A DNA stretch of 64,000 bases from Perkinsela sp. CCAP 1560/9 (taxonomy: Eukaryota; Protista; Euglenozoa: Kinetoplastea). The DNA lies in contig CBFFSA010000002.1 in NCBI GenBank assembly GCA_965644495.1, positions 806,001 to 870,000 on the forward strand. The letters are read 5' to 3'. The notes below the pieces were generated by a model that was given only the letters and a program-made list of their open reading frames with translations, was not told the DNA's origin and ran no database searches. Made by a program: the position numbers and the translations under genes. This document shows, in pieces, positions 62,959 through 64,000 of this stretch (the first letter of the stretch is position 1; every line of letters starts with the position of its first letter).

Positions 62959-64000
62959 ATGGCAGGAAGCAAGATCTTGTCCTCTCGTCGAAAGCGTGGA
63001 TCAACTGATGAAAAGTCAGCAATCTCTTCTCGACCTCGCCAACAAAAAAAGATTCCTCGTCAACAGATCTCGTCCTCTTTGAATGTAGAAAACACCACTG
63101 ACATTTCTTTAAACATTGAAAACAACATATTTGAGCACTCAGAAGATGAAGAAAAACCGTCCTTCCTCCTACCTCAACCCCATCCACCCGAAACCGTATC
63201 TCCAACCCACCCAAGCCCCAAAACGACACCCCCACCACCTCCAAAACCGACACAAAAATCTGCCCTCAAAAAGCGCCCCGACCCTATCGAAACCCCCCAA
63301 CCCCCCGGCGCCTCCCTCCCCAAACTCCTGCAAACGTCCCACCACCTCATGTCCCACGCCTCCTCCTCCCGGGTCCAAACCATTGCCGACGAGCACGTCC
63401 TCCCCAGCCCCGTCGCCGTGAGCTCCACCCTCGAGGCCGCCCATGACCGCGCCCACACCCGGGAGCTCGTGTCCCAGGACCTTAAGAAGTGGAACTACTT
63501 TGTGAGTCGTCTGCGCACCGCGGACCACCTCACCTTCCCGCTACGCTCCTCCAAGGACCTGAGCTCCGGTCACAACCTCGCGGCCCTCAGTACCGCACTG
63601 GAGCCCACCACGGAGCTGGAGAAGCGCATGCACGCGGTGTACGCGGCCACAGGGTTGCTGGATAGTGCGGAATCCCCACAAGATGGGGGACGCGAAGATA
63701 TTTTGTTTCAAAAGGGAGATGAGGAAGGGGAGGGGACAAAACTATCTTTTGAAGCTATGAAACATGCGAGTACGAGTATGACAACTCCCGTAGAGGACAC
63801 GACCCGTCCCACAGCCGGGTACCTTGCGAAACTTAAAAGCATCATGTCCCAGAATGTACAAAAACGAAAACGTATGAATCAAATCAAATCGCGTGCCTAC
63901 CACCGTATGAGGCGAAGGGACGAGGAGAAAACGGCCAACGCCGCGTTGCAGCGGTTGCATGAAATCGACCCCGATGCCGCGGCCTTGAAACGGCAGCAGC
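62959..64000 (+). CDS. UTP14: U3 snoRNP-associated protein UTP14 (runs off window end)
   Basis: Manual translation: DLKKWNYFVSRLRTADHLTFPL, PTTELEKRM, KRKRMNQIKSRAYHR; absent from the ORF track because no stop lies in the window. Confidence 0.88.
   Translation, partial: MAGSKILSSRRKRGSTDEKSAISSRPRQQKKIPRQQISSSLNVENTTDISLNIENNIFEHSEDEEKPSFLLPQPHPPETVSPTHPSPKTTPPPPPKPTQKSALKKRPDPIETPQPPGASLPKLLQTSHHLMSHASSSRVQTIADEHVLPSPVAVSSTLEAAHDRAHTRELVSQDLKKWNYFVSRLRTADHLTFPLRSSKDLSSGHNLAALSTALEPTTELEKRMHAVYAATGLLDSAESPQDGGREDILFQKGDEEGEGTKLSFEAMKHASTSMTTPVEDTTRPTAGYLAKLKSIMSQNVQKRKRMNQIKSRAYHRMRRRDEEKTANAALQRLHEIDPDAAALKRQQ

Overview
Eukaryotic, intron-less DNA from a kinetoplastid. Evidence: every recognisable cellular gene is on the + strand, as in a polycistronic unit; there is a P34/P37 (NRBD)-type RNA-binding gene; and there is a kinetoplastid spliced-leader sequence. 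The LRR family resembles, from memory, the one expanded in the Paramoeba endosymbiont Perkinsela, but this is unverified. Housekeeping genes (Pol kappa, gamma-COP, NRBD, prohibitin, UTP25, PFK-2/FBPase-2, UTP14 and a few hypotheticals) are interleaved with 15 full-length or disrupted leucine-rich-repeat genes plus 2 fragments, most sharing an unusual N-terminal leader. Intergenic DNA is packed with nested DNA-type mobile elements: Tc1/mariner, pogo, an 8-bp-TSD MITE, a Ulp1-like protease cassette and a probable TATE-like recombinase relic. Main observations: (1) at least seven sharp C-rich to G-rich strand-skew switches inside coding regions, with origin-like polarity; (2) two sequence-unrelated families of putative rolling-circle elements with the same design (TTG + short hairpin at one end, a long palindrome with the same motif at the other), one linked to PIF1-helicase and RRM relics; (3) a circularly permuted spliced-leader RNA repeat unit captured inside an LRR fragment; (4) the conserved LRR leader. 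All calls were made by eye, and element boundaries are approximate to a few bp unless a TSD is given.
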